IMG/VR virus record: IMGVR_UViG_3300020177_000966
From: a virus
Taxonomy: Duplodnaviria; Caudoviricetes
Reading direction: 5' to 3' (one strand)
DNA length: 64,000 bases
Of the stretch, positions 46,726 through 57,210 are shown in pieces; position 1 is the stretch's first letter, and each line of letters begins with the position of its first letter. A program made the position numbers and the translations under genes. The notes below the pieces were generated by a model. It saw nothing but the letters and a program-made list of their open reading frames with translations. It ran no database searches and was not told the origin of the DNA.

Positions 46726-47355
46726 TTAACTAGCGCCGCCGCCTGTAATAGCAGTGTTAATTGTACGTCCAATTGCTGTACCAATACCAGTACCTTGTGG
46801 TGATTGGATTGCATTATCGTAACGTATAGAAAGGGCAACAGTAACAACTTCTGAAGTTGCATAATTTAAGCTATTGTAGTTTGCGCTTTCTAAATAACAT
46901 CCGTATAATTCAAATGTTTCTAGTACGCTTGCCGCGTTCGCTCCGTTACCGCCATCTAAAATTTCAATTCTAGTAACAAACTTGTAGTCTGCACCACTTG
47001 CCGCACTTGACTGCTCAAAGAAGTCAAATTGTTTCTGAAGTTGTTCACCAACAAGTTTTTGTACATTGTTGGATACATCTTCACGCAAGTTTAGTGTAAT
47101 TGGTTCCCAAGTATGCTTACCTGCTAAAAATACTTTTGAGTTGTAAATGTCAACTGTCATTTGTTCAAAACTAACATTAGGTCTTGTTACGTCCATAACT
47201 TGTTTTGTTAGTTCGGTTGACGGACTTGATACCCCAAAGTTTTCTAGTGATACTCTAAAACGATATTGTAATTTGGGCATCAATAGTCCCTGATTAGATG
47301 CACTTGCGTTACTATCTAATGGTACTGTTAATTTTGAAAGTGTTGATATTGCCAT
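46726..47355 (-). CDS. tail tube protein (T4 gp19-like)
   Basis: PKLQYRFRV, GKHTWEPITLNLRED, LSIRYDNA; follows the sheath gene. Confidence 0.9.
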   Translation of the reverse strand: MAISTLSKLTVPLDSNASASNQGLLMPKLQYRFRVSLENFGVSSPSTELTKQVMDVTRPNVSFEQMTVDIYNSKVFLAGKHTWEPITLNLREDVSNNVQKLVGEQLQKQFDFFEQSSAASGADYKFVTRIEILDGGNGANAASVLETFELYGCYLESANYNSLNYATSEVVTVALSIRYDNAIQSPQGTGIGTAIGRTINTAITGGGAS

Positions 47356-47385
47356 TATATGCTCCTGTTACTTTTATTTATCCGA

Positions 47386-50300
47386 TTATAGCCCTGAAAT
47401 TTCACCAGTGTTTTTCAGTCTTAACGGAATGTAAATAAATTCAACTGCTTTAACTGGTTCAATAGCAATGTCTACGTACAATTCATTTCTATCAATTCTA
47501 CTTGGAGTATTGTTAGATTCATCACATACAACTAGGAAGTCATACAATGCTCTTTGTGATACTAACTCTAGCATCAAGCTATCTACTTGCGCCTTGATTT
47601 CATCACGTGTGATTTTATCGTTAGGCTCAAAAATGTATGGCTTAGCAAGTTTCTTAAGTTGTGAACGTAAGTAAATTACTAAACGTGCTACGTTAATTCT
47701 ATCCAACGCACTTGCATTTCTTGCACGAGTCTTTTGACCGTAGTTAACAAGTCCTGCTCCTGTTAGGAATGTAATTGGGTTAATATTAAGTGAATATAGT
47801 GTATCGCGCTGACCTTCGTTTAGTGCAATTGACTTAAATTCGCCTTCTGCATCAATGTATCCTGCGGCTGTTGCGTTAGTAATACCACCACGTCTTGTAC
47901 CTGCTGGTGCAAACCATGGATAGCTAACTTGATCACTTAGTGCAAGTGTTCTAATAATACCGTGACTTGGTGGAACAATAATGTTGTTACCAGCATTATC
48001 ACTAGTAAACAAGCTAGGATAGAACATACCTAAATATTCGTCTCTGCTTACTGCACCATCATCGTTATCTTCAACTGCTAGTGCAACGTTGTTACCCCAG
48101 TCATTTAGTGTTGTAGCATCGGATGCTAGTCTCATTGGACTATCGCCAACGATAAATGCTGTTAAACCTCTATCGTAATTTAGGCTTACCATTTCACCAA
48201 TTAGTTCTGGATAACCTGGAGTTGCCATAACGTTGAATAGTCTTGATTCGTCATCGCGGATATCTTGGTTGCTGTTAACCATTGCTTGTAGTGCTTGGAT
48301 AACAACTTTACGCTGTGCTTTACGTCCAAAGCTACCTGCACCATTTGGTTGGTTAGCTGACTCTGTTACCCAACGATGTGGATAGTACAATGCCATACTT
48401 ACATCACCTTGACGAACGTTTTTAGCTGTAGTATCTACATAATTACGTACAAATTTCTTAACATTAAATCCACTTCTGCGTAGATTCCATAGCAACATAC
48501 CTTTTGGATATAATGCAGGATCTGGTGCATCTGTGTCTAGATAATCACTTACTAATAGTTCAGGAATAGTTCCACTTGGTGCTTCTGTAGCTGTACCGCC
48601 GCTTGTACCAAAACGTGCATCAGCAAACAAAATACCATCTTCTGTAGTTTGATCACCTTCGTCTAATGCAATCCATTTTTGTAAATCTGCATTGTACTTG
48701 TGTACTTGTGGATAGTTCTCTAAATCTGCTGTACTAATCCATAAATCGCCAGTTACTAATGGAGATGATCCATCTGTCTGTTGAGTAGGTTCAGTTGCAG
48801 AAACAATTGGTCCTGTTGGATCAGCATCTGGATAAACATTTGCATATCCCTTCCAAATGGTACCGTTATGTACCATAATGTCAACTTCATCAACAATTGA
48901 ATTGTACCACAATGCTCCATCAGTTGTTAGTGCTGTTGGTGCATCTGGTCCGGCAGTTTGTGTTAGGATTCTCCAATTTGAAGCATGGAAATCATAAACA
49001 CTATCGCCTGCTGGAGCCGCATACAAGTTTGCTGTTCCTGCTTTAGTTGAATAGTTGTAAGCCGCAAAGCCAATGTCGCCTAGTGCGCTATTTGTATCTG
49101 CAATACGGATTTCGCCTCCATCGTTGTGTTCAATTACAACTCTGTTAGAAGCATCTACGCTTGCTACAATGTTTTCAAATCCTGCTGAATTAATTGCGCC
49201 AGCAATTTCATCTGCATCAGTAATTGCTCCTGCAACAGTAATGCTAATTGCCTTGCCGCCTTGGATGGCTGCTTTGTTTGGATCGCTTTCTGCCATTGTA
49301 AAGCCGTATGTTCCTGCTGTAAGACTACTTGCAGTAACAGGACTTGAAACAATCTTTGTTGCTCCTGAAGTTGATCTAGCAAAAATTGTAAAGTCTAATT
49401 CTTCATTTTCTGCTTCTGTAGTATGAGACTGGACATAAACTGTACCTAGTGCTAGGTTAATTCCGCCGCCTGTTTTATCTAAATTGTAAAGTGCTTCCTG
49501 GTGTGTTTTATACACAGGAGCCGCTTTGTCTGCCCAAAGTTTAGTTGTTGAGTTATAAACTTTAACTTTCATCTGAGCACCTAAATTAGCTTCAGTCATT
49601 TTAAACCAAACTGAACCTGTTGGTCTAGGCTGTGTATCAGATGATTTAAATCCTGGAACGTTAGTGTGCGGTGCAATAATTAGTTGCGGTGCGTAATATG
49701 TTCCAGCTGTCAAACCTAAGTCTGCTAGTAGTGTACCTGATGAACCTGCGGCAATTTCAATTGCTCCGTCAACATCACTTCCACCGTCAGTAATAGAACT
49801 ACCATCACTGTAAATGTATAGCTTACTATCGACAACTCCAGCTGTTACGCCAGTAATGCCTGCGCCGTTAATATCAGCTGCCATTTGTGTAACATTTACG
49901 CCAGTAACGGCAGTAGTTGTACCATTAATAATGATAGTTTCACCATTTACTAGTGTTGGGTTAGTTGCTGTTCCCTTAATAGTTGGATGACTTGCAACCC
50001 AATCAGCTGTTCCTACTTTAACCCATGTTCCTGAGGAATTCTTGTAGTATACTTTGTTAGTAGTAGTTGTTGTTACTACTGCATAGTCGCCTACTTGTCC
50101 TACACTAGCTTTTGGAAGTCCTGTATTTGATCCGCCAACTAGATTAGTGTTAGAAGTAATTACCAATGGAATCTTATTTGTAAATGACTGTCCACCAGTA
50201 ACAGTCACAGCATTTGAATTCCATTCAAAAATTCCGTACTTTGTTAGGGAAGTATCAAACCAATATGTTCCGTTTGCCGGAGCTGCCGCTGGCGCACTTG

Positions 50301-50667
50301 CGCTTGGCTCTAGTTCACCTAAGTCAACATCTGCTCTTACAACAAACGCTCTGTTTGAAACTCCTAAATATGAGTAAGCCGCTTGTAGACCATACTCGTT
50401 AAGTTCCCCACCGTTTACTGGGTTATTGTTTGCATCAGTTTGAAAGATTGGATCTCCAAACGTATCTGCTAAATCTCTTTGTGAGGTAATTAAGAATGGA
50501 ACGCCTGCGTTCGCTTTTGTTGTACCTCTTGCTGTACCTGTTCCTGCCGCGTTTGCTTTGTCCTGTTTAGACGCAACAAACAACATTGGAGTAGTACCTG
50601 GTTCTGCTGGTGTGTAAAAACTTTCATCGATTACACTGACTTGTACACCTGGTGATATTAATGCCAT
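47386..50667 (-). CDS. contractile tail sheath protein (T4 gp18-like)
   Basis: SPGVQVSVIDES, PWFAPAG.RRG, G.KT...SALDRINVARL, IEPVKAVEFIY. Confidence 0.95.
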   Translation of the reverse strand: MALISPGVQVSVIDESFYTPAEPGTTPMLFVASKQDKANAAGTGTARGTTKANAGVPFLITSQRDLADTFGDPIFQTDANNNPVNGGELNEYGLQAAYSYLGVSNRAFVVRADVDLGELEPSASAPAAAPANGTYWFDTSLTKYGIFEWNSNAVTVTGGQSFTNKIPLVITSNTNLVGGSNTGLPKASVGQVGDYAVVTTTTTNKVYYKNSSGTWVKVGTADWVASHPTIKGTATNPTLVNGETIIINGTTTAVTGVNVTQMAADINGAGITGVTAGVVDSKLYIYSDGSSITDGGSDVDGAIEIAAGSSGTLLADLGLTAGTYYAPQLIIAPHTNVPGFKSSDTQPRPTGSVWFKMTEANLGAQMKVKVYNSTTKLWADKAAPVYKTHQEALYNLDKTGGGINLALGTVYVQSHTTEAENEELDFTIFARSTSGATKIVSSPVTASSLTAGTYGFTMAESDPNKAAIQGGKAISITVAGAITDADEIAGAINSAGFENIVASVDASNRVVIEHNDGGEIRIADTNSALGDIGFAAYNYSTKAGTANLYAAPAGDSVYDFHASNWRILTQTAGPDAPTALTTDGALWYNSIVDEVDIMVHNGTIWKGYANVYPDADPTGPIVSATEPTQQTDGSSPLVTGDLWISTADLENYPQVHKYNADLQKWIALDEGDQTTEDGILFADARFGTSGGTATEAPSGTIPELLVSDYLDTDAPDPALYPKGMLLWNLRRSGFNVKKFVRNYVDTTAKNVRQGDVSMALYYPHRWVTESANQPNGAGSFGRKAQRKVVIQALQAMVNSNQDIRDDESRLFNVMATPGYPELIGEMVSLNYDRGLTAFIVGDSPMRLASDATTLNDWGNNVALAVEDNDDGAVSRDEYLGMFYPSLFTSDNAGNNIIVPPSHGIIRTLALSDQVSYPWFAPAGTRRGGITNATAAGYIDAEGEFKSIALNEGQRDTLYSLNINPITFLTGAGLVNYGQKTRARNASALDRINVARLVIYLRSQLKKLAKPYIFEPNDKITRDEIKAQVDSLMLELVSQRALYDFLVVCDESNNTPSRIDRNELYVDIAIEPVKAVEFIYIPLRLKNTGEISGL

Positions 50668-50782
50668 TTTGTAGTTCTCCTGTTAAAATAAAACAACTGT
50701 TAAAAGTATTTATATGATTTGATTAAAAAAGTATGGAGAAACACCGAATAAAAGGTGGTGTAAAGGTATGGTAAATAGTATT

Positions 50783-51121
50783 ATGAGACCTTTGTGTAAA
50801 TGTGGATACAGGCCGGCGGCCGTAAACTATAAAAAAGACGGTAAAACTTATTATAGGAAATCGTGTGATACTTGTTTACATCACGGACAGAAAAAATGGG
50901 GTATTCCTAAATGGTATCAGAACGGATATCGTCAAAAAGAGCAATGCGAAAAATGCGGATTCAAATCACTACATAAAGAACAATTTAATGTATACCATAT
51001 AGATGGTGATTTATCTAACACGTTGCACAGTAACTTAAAAACAATATGTGCTAACTGTCAGAGGGTACTACAGAAGCAAGGCGTAAGGTGGAAGCAAGGC
51101 GACCTTGTACCTGACTTTTAA
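50783..51121 (+). CDS. zinc-ribbon/HNH-like protein
   Basis: C.CG, CDTC, CEKCGF, VYHIDGD.SN...NL.T.CANC; start moved to MRPLC after GTAAATA-N5. Confidence 0.75.
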   Translation: MRPLCKCGYRPAAVNYKKDGKTYYRKSCDTCLHHGQKKWGIPKWYQNGYRQKEQCEKCGFKSLHKEQFNVYHIDGDLSNTLHSNLKTICANCQRVLQKQGVRWKQGDLVPDF

Positions 51122-51677
51122 GATCGTCAAGAGTACCTTCGTTATAGATATTAAAATCAAATGGAACTTTGGCCCAAGCCCATTCTGACATATGTACGTC
51201 TGTTGGTTGTATATCTAAATCAATGTATTGTCTAAACCATAAAGGATCAGGTCCACGTTTTACACACCAAACATTTCCGCCAAGCTCTTTGATCATACTT
51301 GCTTCGTTTTCAAAACGACAGTCTGGTACTACAAAATTAGTTTTAGGATTATCTAATACTGTTTTTTTAAAAAAACTAACCCAAACTCCGTCATAGAATC
51401 CATTTCTCATACAATCTGTGCCAAATTCTTGTAGTACTAATCTAGGTGTAATTGTGCGGCCAGTTTCTTTTGACCAGAAATTATCCGGTTGTTCTCGCCA
51501 ATATCTGCTTTCAGCAGTGTCGCCTTCAAGCATGTCTCTATCCCAATCAAACAAAAGTGATACAGCATCTTTAAGTTTATCTGCGAAACTAATCTTTTGG
51601 AAATTGTGTTCTTCTACAAGAATATCAGCAACGGTACCTTTACCACTACCAATTAATCCACAAATACCTATAATCAT
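51051..51677 (-). CDS. deoxynucleoside monophosphate kinase (T4 gp1-like)
   Basis: IIGICGLIGSGKGT, SFADKLK, PRLVLQEFGTD, DCRFENE. Confidence 0.92.
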   Translation of the reverse strand: MIIGICGLIGSGKGTVADILVEEHNFQKISFADKLKDAVSLLFDWDRDMLEGDTAESRYWREQPDNFWSKETGRTITPRLVLQEFGTDCMRNGFYDGVWVSFFKKTVLDNPKTNFVVPDCRFENEASMIKELGGNVWCVKRGPDPLWFRQYIDLDIQPTDVHMSEWAWAKVPFDFNIYNEGTLDDLKSQVQGRLASTLRLASVVPSDS

Positions 51678-51702
51678 GACGAATCCTTACAAATTTACAT
51701 AT

Positions 51703-51731
51703 ATTATACATAATAATTTATAAAGTGTCAA
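51703..51731 (-). promoter_or_regulatory. sigma70-type promoter of the dNMP kinase gene
   Basis: TTGACA (51731-51726), 17 nt, TATAAT (51708-51703). Confidence 0.85.
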
Positions 51732-51739
51732 CCTTTATG

Positions 51740-52501
51740 TTAGCCGATTGTGAATCCGTATCCTGTGCCGCCTGGTACAGCCATTGCTACATCGTTTTCT
51801 AACTTTTCTAACTCGGCAGCGGCTTCTGCTTTAAGGGCATCACCATTAAGACTACTACCACCTTGTGGTCCTGCAATGGTAGCAAATTTACTACGTGCTT
51901 CGCCTAGCATATATTTGCATTTTGCAAGTGTGTAATCTTTAATCCACTGGCTTGCTAGATAGTCGTCTAGCAGTTCAAAGTCGGGTCTATAGTTATACAC
52001 ATATAGTAGTAACTCTTCTTCTGCTCTTGATCGTTGTAGAATTGTAAGTTTTTTGTTAGATCTATTCCATTTAAATTCAATGAATGATCCAAACATGCGT
52101 CCTACTAGTTCTTGGTATCCTGCAAACATTGCATACGTAGCAAGACCGCCCATATTAGAAGAACTTAGCAAATAGGTATTTGTGTAAGCCATATTGAATG
52201 GTTCGAACAATGTTCCGCCATCGCCACCGCCTGTTCTTGACCCTATTGATCTGCGGAAAATTTGTCTAACTTCCATAACTTCGTCTGGTAATATATAATC
52301 ATTTTGATCAATAACTGTTGGCAAGAAAAAATACGATTCTTCAACACTGTTATCAGAACGCTGTCTAAATTTTGCAAGTGCTGTATTTAATGCTGTTTCG
52401 TAGTGATCCGGATCTAATTCAACGTCAATCATGCCGCCGCCTAGATTAAGTTCTACATACTTGTAAACTTCTTGTCTTTTTGTGTTAATATTATTAGCCA
52501 T
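51740..52501 (-). CDS. neck protein (T4 gp13-like)
   Basis: LGGGMIDVEL, KDYTLAKCK..LGEARSKF, GG.SLNG. Confidence 0.85.
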   Translation of the reverse strand: MANNINTKRQEVYKYVELNLGGGMIDVELDPDHYETALNTALAKFRQRSDNSVEESYFFLPTVIDQNDYILPDEVMEVRQIFRRSIGSRTGGGDGGTLFEPFNMAYTNTYLLSSSNMGGLATYAMFAGYQELVGRMFGSFIEFKWNRSNKKLTILQRSRAEEELLLYVYNYRPDFELLDDYLASQWIKDYTLAKCKYMLGEARSKFATIAGPQGGSSLNGDALKAEAAAELEKLENDVAMAVPGGTGYGFTIG

Positions 52502-52522
52502 GTTCTTTCATCTCCGCTATAC

Positions 52523-52542
52523 TATTTATGCAACGATAAATA
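52523..52542. promoter_or_regulatory. back-to-back late promoter boxes for gp13 (minus) and gp14 (plus)
   Basis: TATTTAT 52523-52529 and ATAAATA 52536-52542. Confidence 0.65.
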
Positions 52543-52550
52543 ACATTACT

Positions 52551-53714
52551 ATGCCAAGACTCAGTTTATATAAACCCGAAAGAGGGAAAGATTACGATTT
52601 CTTAGATAAGACTATAACAGAGATGTTTACTGTCGGAGGTACCGACGTATTTGTTCACAAATACTTAGGTCCTAAGAACCCAGAGGAAGTAGATGCAACT
52701 GCTGATCAACCTCGTTATGATGCTGTTAAAGAAACTAACATACAAGATATGTTGTTTATGGAAAACAGAGATAGAAAATACGATCCAAACATTTATACTA
52801 TGAGAGGAATCTACAACGTAAGTGATGTAGATTTTGACATGAGTCAATTTGGATTGTTCTTACAAAACGATATTGTTTTTATGACAATACCTATTAATTA
52901 CAGTGTTAAGGCACTGGGTCGAAAAATTATGGCAGGAGATGTAATTGAATTGCCGCATCTAAAAGACGAATTTGCATTAAATGATTATAGTGTAGCATTA
53001 AAAAGATTTTATGTTGTAGAAGATGTTAATCGTGCAAGCGAAGGATTTAGTCCTACTTGGTATCCGCATTTGTATCGTGTTAAAATGAAACAGATTATGG
53101 ATAGTCAAGAGTTTAAAGAAATTCTTGACTTGCCAACTGAAGAAGGTAGTTCACAAACATTACGTGATGTATTATCAACTTACGAAAAAGAAATGCAAAT
53201 TAATAATGCAATTATTTCGCAAGCTGAAGCAGATGCAGATATGTCAGGTTATGATACTACAAGTTTCTTTACATTACAAGTTGATGAAAATAATATTCCA
53301 GAAGTAGTTAGAGCTGATCAAAATGACATTGATGCTAGTATTGCTAGTGGAAATTTAGATGCAAGTAGAGTTAATCAAACACCTGATAGAAATGGATATC
53401 AGGGATATTTGATTGGAGACGGAATTGCACCCAATGGTGAAGCATTTGGTAGCGGAATCAGTTTCCCTACAACTAGTGTTGAAGGCGACTATTTCTTAAG
53501 AGTTGATATGTTTCCAAATAGATTGTTTAGATACAATGGATCAATGTGGGTTAAAATGGAAGATAAAGTACGTATGACGCTGAGTAATACTGATACTAAG
53601 AAAACACAAAAAGGTAGCTTTATTAATAACACTAATACTGATACTATTGGCGGCGAAGAGACTGTTGAAAGACAAAGTATTTCGAAAGCACTTAGACCAA
53701 AGGCGGATAATTAA
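52551..53714 (+). CDS. neck/head-closure protein (T4 gp14-like)
   Basis: DMLFMENRDRKYD, SQFGLFL, GDVIELPHL, TWYPHL; start MPRLS at 52551. Confidence 0.8.
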   Translation: MPRLSLYKPERGKDYDFLDKTITEMFTVGGTDVFVHKYLGPKNPEEVDATADQPRYDAVKETNIQDMLFMENRDRKYDPNIYTMRGIYNVSDVDFDMSQFGLFLQNDIVFMTIPINYSVKALGRKIMAGDVIELPHLKDEFALNDYSVALKRFYVVEDVNRASEGFSPTWYPHLYRVKMKQIMDSQEFKEILDLPTEEGSSQTLRDVLSTYEKEMQINNAIISQAEADADMSGYDTTSFFTLQVDENNIPEVVRADQNDIDASIASGNLDASRVNQTPDRNGYQGYLIGDGIAPNGEAFGSGISFPTTSVEGDYFLRVDMFPNRLFRYNGSMWVKMEDKVRMTLSNTDTKKTQKGSFINNTNTDTIGGEETVERQSISKALRPKADN

Positions 53715-55249
53715 TGCAACATTTCTATGATGGTCAAATAAGAAGATATGTTACACAATTAGTAAGGTTGTTTAGTAACTTTTCGTATAAAGACGGCGAC
53801 GGTAAAATAGTACAAGTACCTGTTTTATATGGAGATATTACACGTCAAGTAGGACATATTCTTAGAGACAATTCCGAAAATAAAGTTCCGAGTGCACCTC
53901 GTATTGGTGTATATATTACTGGACTTGAACAAGACAGATCAAGGACAGCTGATTCTACATATACTAATAAAGTTAATATTCGTGAACGTGCTTATGATGT
54001 CGAAAATAAAGAGTACTTAAACACTCAAGGAAAAAATTATACAGTCGAACGTATTATGCCAAGTCCATATACACTTAACATAAATGTAGATATATGGTCA
54101 ACTAATACAGATCAAAAATTACAAATACTTGAACAGATATTAATGCTGTTTAATCCTAGTTTAGAAATACAAACTACAGACAACTATATTGACTGGAGTA
54201 GTTTAACTAGTGTTGAACTTACATCTATGAGTTTTAGTAGTAGATCAATTCCAATTGGTACAGAAAGTGATATTGATGTAGCGCAATTAGGATTTACAAC
54301 ACCTATCTATATTAATATGCCAGTTAAAGTTAAAAAGCTCGGTGTTATTACTGATGTCGTAATGAGTATATTTGACGAATCAAGAGGAAGTATTTCGTTA
54401 GGTACATCACAACCAGAATTACTTGCATGGACTGATACAAATCGTCCTGCAATGAGAGGTACAGATCCTAATAACTTTACCCCGGCTGGCAATGGTCCGT
54501 TTGATACTAGCAGTCTTACAGGAAACGTAATGGCATCTAGTTGGGGTAGTTTTGATATGCAAGTACTCAACGGAATTGCACAACTAATATATAAAGGTAG
54601 ACTTGGTGGAGTATCTTGGCCTAAATTCTTAGAAGGAGCTCCAGAAGGACCTGGCTTTCAAAACGGACTTACACAATTACAAGTACAACGAGTTACAATC
54701 GAAGGAGAATCAGTTACTAATAGCGTAAATGGTGTTGTCACATTAAACTCTCTTGATGATACACAATTATTAGTGCAATGGGACCCAGACACTATACCTA
54801 CAAATACTGATTTTCCAACTGTTAGCGGAAGAAACAATACTGGAAGTGTAGATTTAATTATCGATCCTGAAAAATATAATCCAGATGTAGATCCAACAGA
54901 TGCTGGAGCAAGAGTACTATTACTTGGCAATCTAAATAACAGTGAAAATGTTGGCGGATTAATGACATTTGGCCAAGATCCAAATGACGGAAGTAGTAGA
55001 GACCCGTATGATGGTCCAGATGCTTGGAAAAATGCAGACGGTACAGATTTTGTAGCAAACGAAAACGACATTGTAGAATGGGATGGATATCAATGGCATA
55101 TCGTATTTGATGCTAGTGCAGACCCAGGTACAACTACAAAGTATGTTACTAATCTTAACACTGGAATTCAGTACAGATGGACCGGATCTGATTGGATTTT
55201 ATCGTTCGAAGGATTATACCGAAAAGGAACATGGCGACTAGCATTCTAA
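53714..55249 (+). CDS. tail terminator/sheath stabiliser (T4 gp15-like) with C-terminal extension
   Basis: FYDGQIRRY, VPVLYGD, QILEQILMLFNPSLE. Confidence 0.8.
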   Translation: MQHFYDGQIRRYVTQLVRLFSNFSYKDGDGKIVQVPVLYGDITRQVGHILRDNSENKVPSAPRIGVYITGLEQDRSRTADSTYTNKVNIRERAYDVENKEYLNTQGKNYTVERIMPSPYTLNINVDIWSTNTDQKLQILEQILMLFNPSLEIQTTDNYIDWSSLTSVELTSMSFSSRSIPIGTESDIDVAQLGFTTPIYINMPVKVKKLGVITDVVMSIFDESRGSISLGTSQPELLAWTDTNRPAMRGTDPNNFTPAGNGPFDTSSLTGNVMASSWGSFDMQVLNGIAQLIYKGRLGGVSWPKFLEGAPEGPGFQNGLTQLQVQRVTIEGESVTNSVNGVVTLNSLDDTQLLVQWDPDTIPTNTDFPTVSGRNNTGSVDLIIDPEKYNPDVDPTDAGARVLLLGNLNNSENVGGLMTFGQDPNDGSSRDPYDGPDAWKNADGTDFVANENDIVEWDGYQWHIVFDASADPGTTTKYVTNLNTGIQYRWTGSDWILSFEGLYRKGTWRLAF

Positions 55250-55262
55250 GATAACTAGTTAT

Positions 55263-55712
55263 ATGAACCATGAGATAATTTGTAGCGGAGCATTAATTTA
55301 TTCGCTAAGTACGAAACGATTCTTATTATTACACCGCACACAAAGCAAACAAAAAAATGTTTGGGGACTTGTTGGCGGCACTAACGGTAAGGATGAACTC
55401 CCTTGGCCTGCTTTGCAACGAGAAATTCACGAAGAAGTAGGTGGATTACCTAATATAATCAAAACTATTCCCCTTGAAACATTTGTTAGTACTGACGAAA
55501 AATTTAGCTTTCATACGTATCTAGTAGTTATAAAAGAAGAATTTTTACCTGTACTTAATGCCGAACACGATGGATATGCATGGGTTAGTTTTGGAAAGTG
55601 GCCTATGCCTTTACATATGGGATTACGTAGCACTTTGCAAAATAAATCAAATCAAACAAAATTAAAAACAGTTTTTGATTTAATAGGATTTTTAGAAAAT
55701 GAAGAAAATTAA
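55263..55712 (+). CDS. Nudix hydrolase
   Basis: Nudix box G-TNGKD-E-LPWPALQ-REIHEEVG. Confidence 0.9.
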   Translation: MNHEIICSGALIYSLSTKRFLLLHRTQSKQKNVWGLVGGTNGKDELPWPALQREIHEEVGGLPNIIKTIPLETFVSTDEKFSFHTYLVVIKEEFLPVLNAEHDGYAWVSFGKWPMPLHMGLRSTLQNKSNQTKLKTVFDLIGFLENEEN

Positions 55713-57210
55713 AAACATTACTATAGTAGGTGGTGGATCAGCGGCATGGCTTGCGGCTACTTATATTCAAAATAACTTTTGGGATTTACCTGTTACAGTA
55801 ATTGACAAAGAAGTAGGTAATCCTATTGGCGTTGGTGAAGCAACCGTTTTAACTTTTCCGCATTTTTTAAGAAAGTGCGGAATTAATCTACCCCAATGGT
55901 TTGCTAATATTGATGCAACTTATAAATCAGGAATTGAATTTCCTGGATGGCGGAAGCCAGAAAACAATGTGTGGCATCCTTTTTACTTGAATAGAAGTTA
56001 TTTCACTCAAGGATGTACAGCGTATGATCTTTGGGCGCAACACCAAAATTTAGATTTCAAAACTACATCTGTACCTACATACGAAGTTAACATGATGAAT
56101 AAATTAGATATGTGGGGAGCATTTGAAACCTTAGCGTATCATATTGATGCAGGTAAATTAGTAACTGAATTACAAAGAATTTGTCAAAATAATGTAACTG
56201 TAATTAAAAGTGATGTTGTTAAAGTAAACAAAGACGGAAATAATGTAACCAGCGTAGAACTTAAAAATGGTGTTGTTCATCATAGTGATTTTTTTATTGA
56301 TTGTACAGGATTTGCAAGTATACTTAAAGAAGCAGACAGGGTAGAACTGCTAGGTGAAGGTAGATTGTTTACTAATGCCGCTGTTGCTGGACACATTCCA
56401 TATGATGATTTTGAAAAAGAATGTGTACCATATGTAAAATGTCCTGCTGTTGATCATGGATGGATTTGGAAAATTCCAGTACAATCACGTATTGGTTCAG
56501 GACTAGTATTTAACAAGGATATTACAGACGTAGAAGAGGCAAAACGCTATTTCTGTGAGCATTGGAATAATCGAATCAAACCAGAAGATTTAAAATTAAT
56601 TGATTGGGTACCTTACTACAGTAAAAACTTTTGGGAGGGCAACGTTGTTTCGATTGGATTAAGTGGTGGATTTATCGAACCGCTAGAATCAACTGGACTT
56701 GCTAGTATGACTACGGGTGTTGAGAAACTAATGGATATGATCCCTCAATACGCTTATAATGATACTAATATAGAAACCTACAATAGAGAAATGGAAGTTT
56801 GGTATAATGACGCTGTTGATTTTGTAAACAGTCATTATGCTGACACAGAATGGGATACGCCATTCTGGAATTATGTAAAAGAAACACATGTAAAATCAGA
56901 AAAACATCTATGGTATGAGGATTGGTTAAAAGATCCACAACGTAAATTTTACACTCCTGTCCAATCAAGAACATTATTCCATCCGCCTAATTGGCACTTA
57001 TGGTTAATACAAATGGGTTATCCTGTAAACGTAGATTTAAACTATATGCCACCACAGGAGATTGATTTTTTGTTACATGATTTTCAAAAAGCAGAAGAGA
57101 TTAGAATGCACACTAGTTTAAAGCATACAGATGCTATCAAATCAACTAACTTAGGACTAGATTGGTTTCAGTTAGCCCAGGCTAGGGGCGATAGAGGATC
57201 GCTGGTATGA
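55699..57210 (+). CDS. flavin-dependent (tryptophan) halogenase-like protein
   Basis: IVGGGSA, IGVGEAT, ATYK, FIDCTGF, GWIWKIP, GFIEPLESTGL. Confidence 0.88.
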   Translation: MKKIKNITIVGGGSAAWLAATYIQNNFWDLPVTVIDKEVGNPIGVGEATVLTFPHFLRKCGINLPQWFANIDATYKSGIEFPGWRKPENNVWHPFYLNRSYFTQGCTAYDLWAQHQNLDFKTTSVPTYEVNMMNKLDMWGAFETLAYHIDAGKLVTELQRICQNNVTVIKSDVVKVNKDGNNVTSVELKNGVVHHSDFFIDCTGFASILKEADRVELLGEGRLFTNAAVAGHIPYDDFEKECVPYVKCPAVDHGWIWKIPVQSRIGSGLVFNKDITDVEEAKRYFCEHWNNRIKPEDLKLIDWVPYYSKNFWEGNVVSIGLSGGFIEPLESTGLASMTTGVEKLMDMIPQYAYNDTNIETYNREMEVWYNDAVDFVNSHYADTEWDTPFWNYVKETHVKSEKHLWYEDWLKDPQRKFYTPVQSRTLFHPPNWHLWLIQMGYPVNVDLNYMPPQEIDFLLHDFQKAEEIRMHTSLKHTDAIKSTNLGLDWFQLAQARGDRGSLV

